Source: Mobula hypostoma
Lineage: Eukaryota
Length of the DNA stretch: 64,000 nucleotides
NCBI RefSeq assembly: GCF_963921235.1
Contig: NC_086100.1
Span: forward strand, 39,742,001-39,806,000
Direction of reading: 5' to 3'
Part shown: positions 63,401 through 64,000 of the stretch, one piece after another
Layout: the number at the start of each line of letters is the position of its first letter
Position numbering within the stretch: position 1 is the first letter of the stretch
The notes under the pieces: generated by a model
Databases searched by the model: none
Told to the model about the DNA's origin: nothing
What the model saw: the letters and a program-made list of their open reading frames with translations, nothing else
Position numbers and translations under genes: made by a program

Positions 63401-63871
63401 GCATCTCAACCACTTCGCCATTTTGTACTGCAAGTTCCTCAGTGGAATTAGATTCACAAATGCCCTCTACCCGGAATAGACTTGGAGTCTGAAACAAAAA
63501 AATATATAAACAGGCAAATAGAACCCGAACTGTCAGATTTAAAAACTTCAAAACTAATGTGTAACATCAAGAAAATAGAATGCAGTTTTATAAATGGTTA
63601 CACAAACAATTCAGCGTAATAATAGAAAATAATGCTAGCCATTCAAGAACATTTCAAATGAAGTCATTAAAAAAATGACATTTTTTTCCGATAAATGTCA
63701 CAATAAGTAGACTATTCAACCTTGCCCTCAATTAAGGTAAAAAGATTCTTACAGTTCTACTTGATATTTCTTCATCCATATCTGACGAGTTGGAAAACTC
63801 ATCCATACTTGAAGGAATTGTTTCAAAATCCTCTGAGGTGTCCAATGATGGGATTGTTTTACATGGCCAGC
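54358..63871 (-). CDS. MCF2L2: 3' end of a Dbs-family Rho GEF (MCF2L2-like); exons 63871-63753, 63488-63376, 56846-56743, 54458-54358; gene continues beyond the window
   Basis: GT-AG exons join in phase. The translation GWPCKTIPSLDTSED..SS..E.SNSSDMDEE / ..ELAVQNGEVVEMLQEGEEGKC / QVRSLVTYKARWIPSSLL resembles the pre-SH3 and SH3 region of MCF2L/Dbs. It lies upstream of LAMP3 on the same strand, as MCF2L2 does in human. Confidence 0.78.
54658..54862. mobile_element. Palindromic PLE mini-element (~82-bp arms) with perfect 14-bp TSD, in the last MCF2L2 intron
   Basis: Arms at about 54656-54737 and 54750-54831 differ at about 4 positions; TTATGAAAAAAGAA occurs at 54644-54657 and 54863-54876. Confidence 0.88.
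54960..54995 (-). ncRNA. PLE hammerhead motif with G12->A in the last MCF2L2 intron
   Basis: Reads AGUC-CUGAUGA-A-GGGU(CUCA)ACCU-AAAA-CGUU-GACU; GAAA is mutated to AAAA. Confidence 0.6.
56743..56846 (-). CDS. MCF2L2: MCF2L2-like exon, SH3 C-terminal half (C-QVRSLVTYKARWIPSSLLQPVGSELNPDQTDNNS)
   Basis: Acceptor tgtgtgtttcag, phase 2 matches the previous exon, WIP motif, donor G|GTCAGA. Confidence 0.78.
57690..61046 (+). mobile_element. Near full-length decayed CR1 LINE (5' UTR, ORF1 remnant, APE, RT) in an MCF2L2 intron, antisense
   Basis: APE and RT remnants (YRPLNS, GDFN, DFQKAF, ORF 60476-60844) and a CR1 3' tail. Confidence 0.85.
59786..59816 (-). mobile_element. 31-bp PLE terminal fragment with 7-bp CCAGTTA duplication, inside the CR1
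   Basis: agcaacacacacaaaatgctggtggaacgca flanked by ccagtta at 59779-59785 and 59817-59823. Confidence 0.65.
61253..62760 (-). mobile_element. Decayed Rex1-type LINE (RT and 3' tail)
   Basis: ORFs 62204-62620 (QFAY, LFVDFSSTFNT) and 61989-62363; (cagaat)n tail. Confidence 0.85.
63376..63488 (-). CDS. MCF2L2: MCF2L2-like exon, SH3 N-terminal half (TPSLFRVEGICESNSTEELAVQNGEVVEMLQEGEEGK)
   Basis: Acceptor ttttttgtttcag, donor TG|GTGAGT; SH3 pattern EL.v..Ge.v..l. Confidence 0.85.
63753..63871 (-). CDS. MCF2L2: MCF2L2-like exon (GWPCKTIPSLDTSEDFETIPSSMDEFSNSSDMDEEISSRT)
   Basis: Acceptor gtaacttcag, donor |GTAAGA; acidic linker resembling the Dbs segment before the SH3 domain. Confidence 0.8.
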
Positions 63872-64000
63872 CTGAAGTTACAAGCAAGATTAAAATCTAA
63901 ATTCCTGTTCGTCGATACAGCCAATAATGACTTGCACTTTATAAACATCTTTATAATATAAAAAACATATTTCCGAGAACTTGCCATTTGTGGCCCACGC

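Overview
This is vertebrate genomic DNA, most likely a cartilaginous fish such as a ray (inferred from the CR1, Rex1, Penelope and V-SINE repeat content). Two spliced genes lie on the minus strand, reconstructed by hand from GT-AG sites and reading-frame phase. (1) A complete 6-exon LAMP3/DC-LAMP gene, CDS 23670->5081, 362 aa. It has a signal peptide, a mucin-like 42-nt tandem repeat, one LAMP domain, a TM helix and a GYEAL lysosomal tail. (2) The last four coding exons (63871->54358) of a Dbs-family RhoGEF, most likely MCF2L2 by synteny with LAMP3. It keeps a C-terminal SH3 domain that has lost its key Trp. The rest is intron or intergenic sequence dense in decayed retroelements and DNA-transposon MITEs. 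The most unusual layer is a set of Penelope-like element (PLE) termini. Several carry minimal type-I hammerhead ribozyme motifs, and several form short, TSD-flanked insertions, some of them hairpins, that share a fixed boundary. Most ORFs in the supplied track are spurious or transposon remnants.
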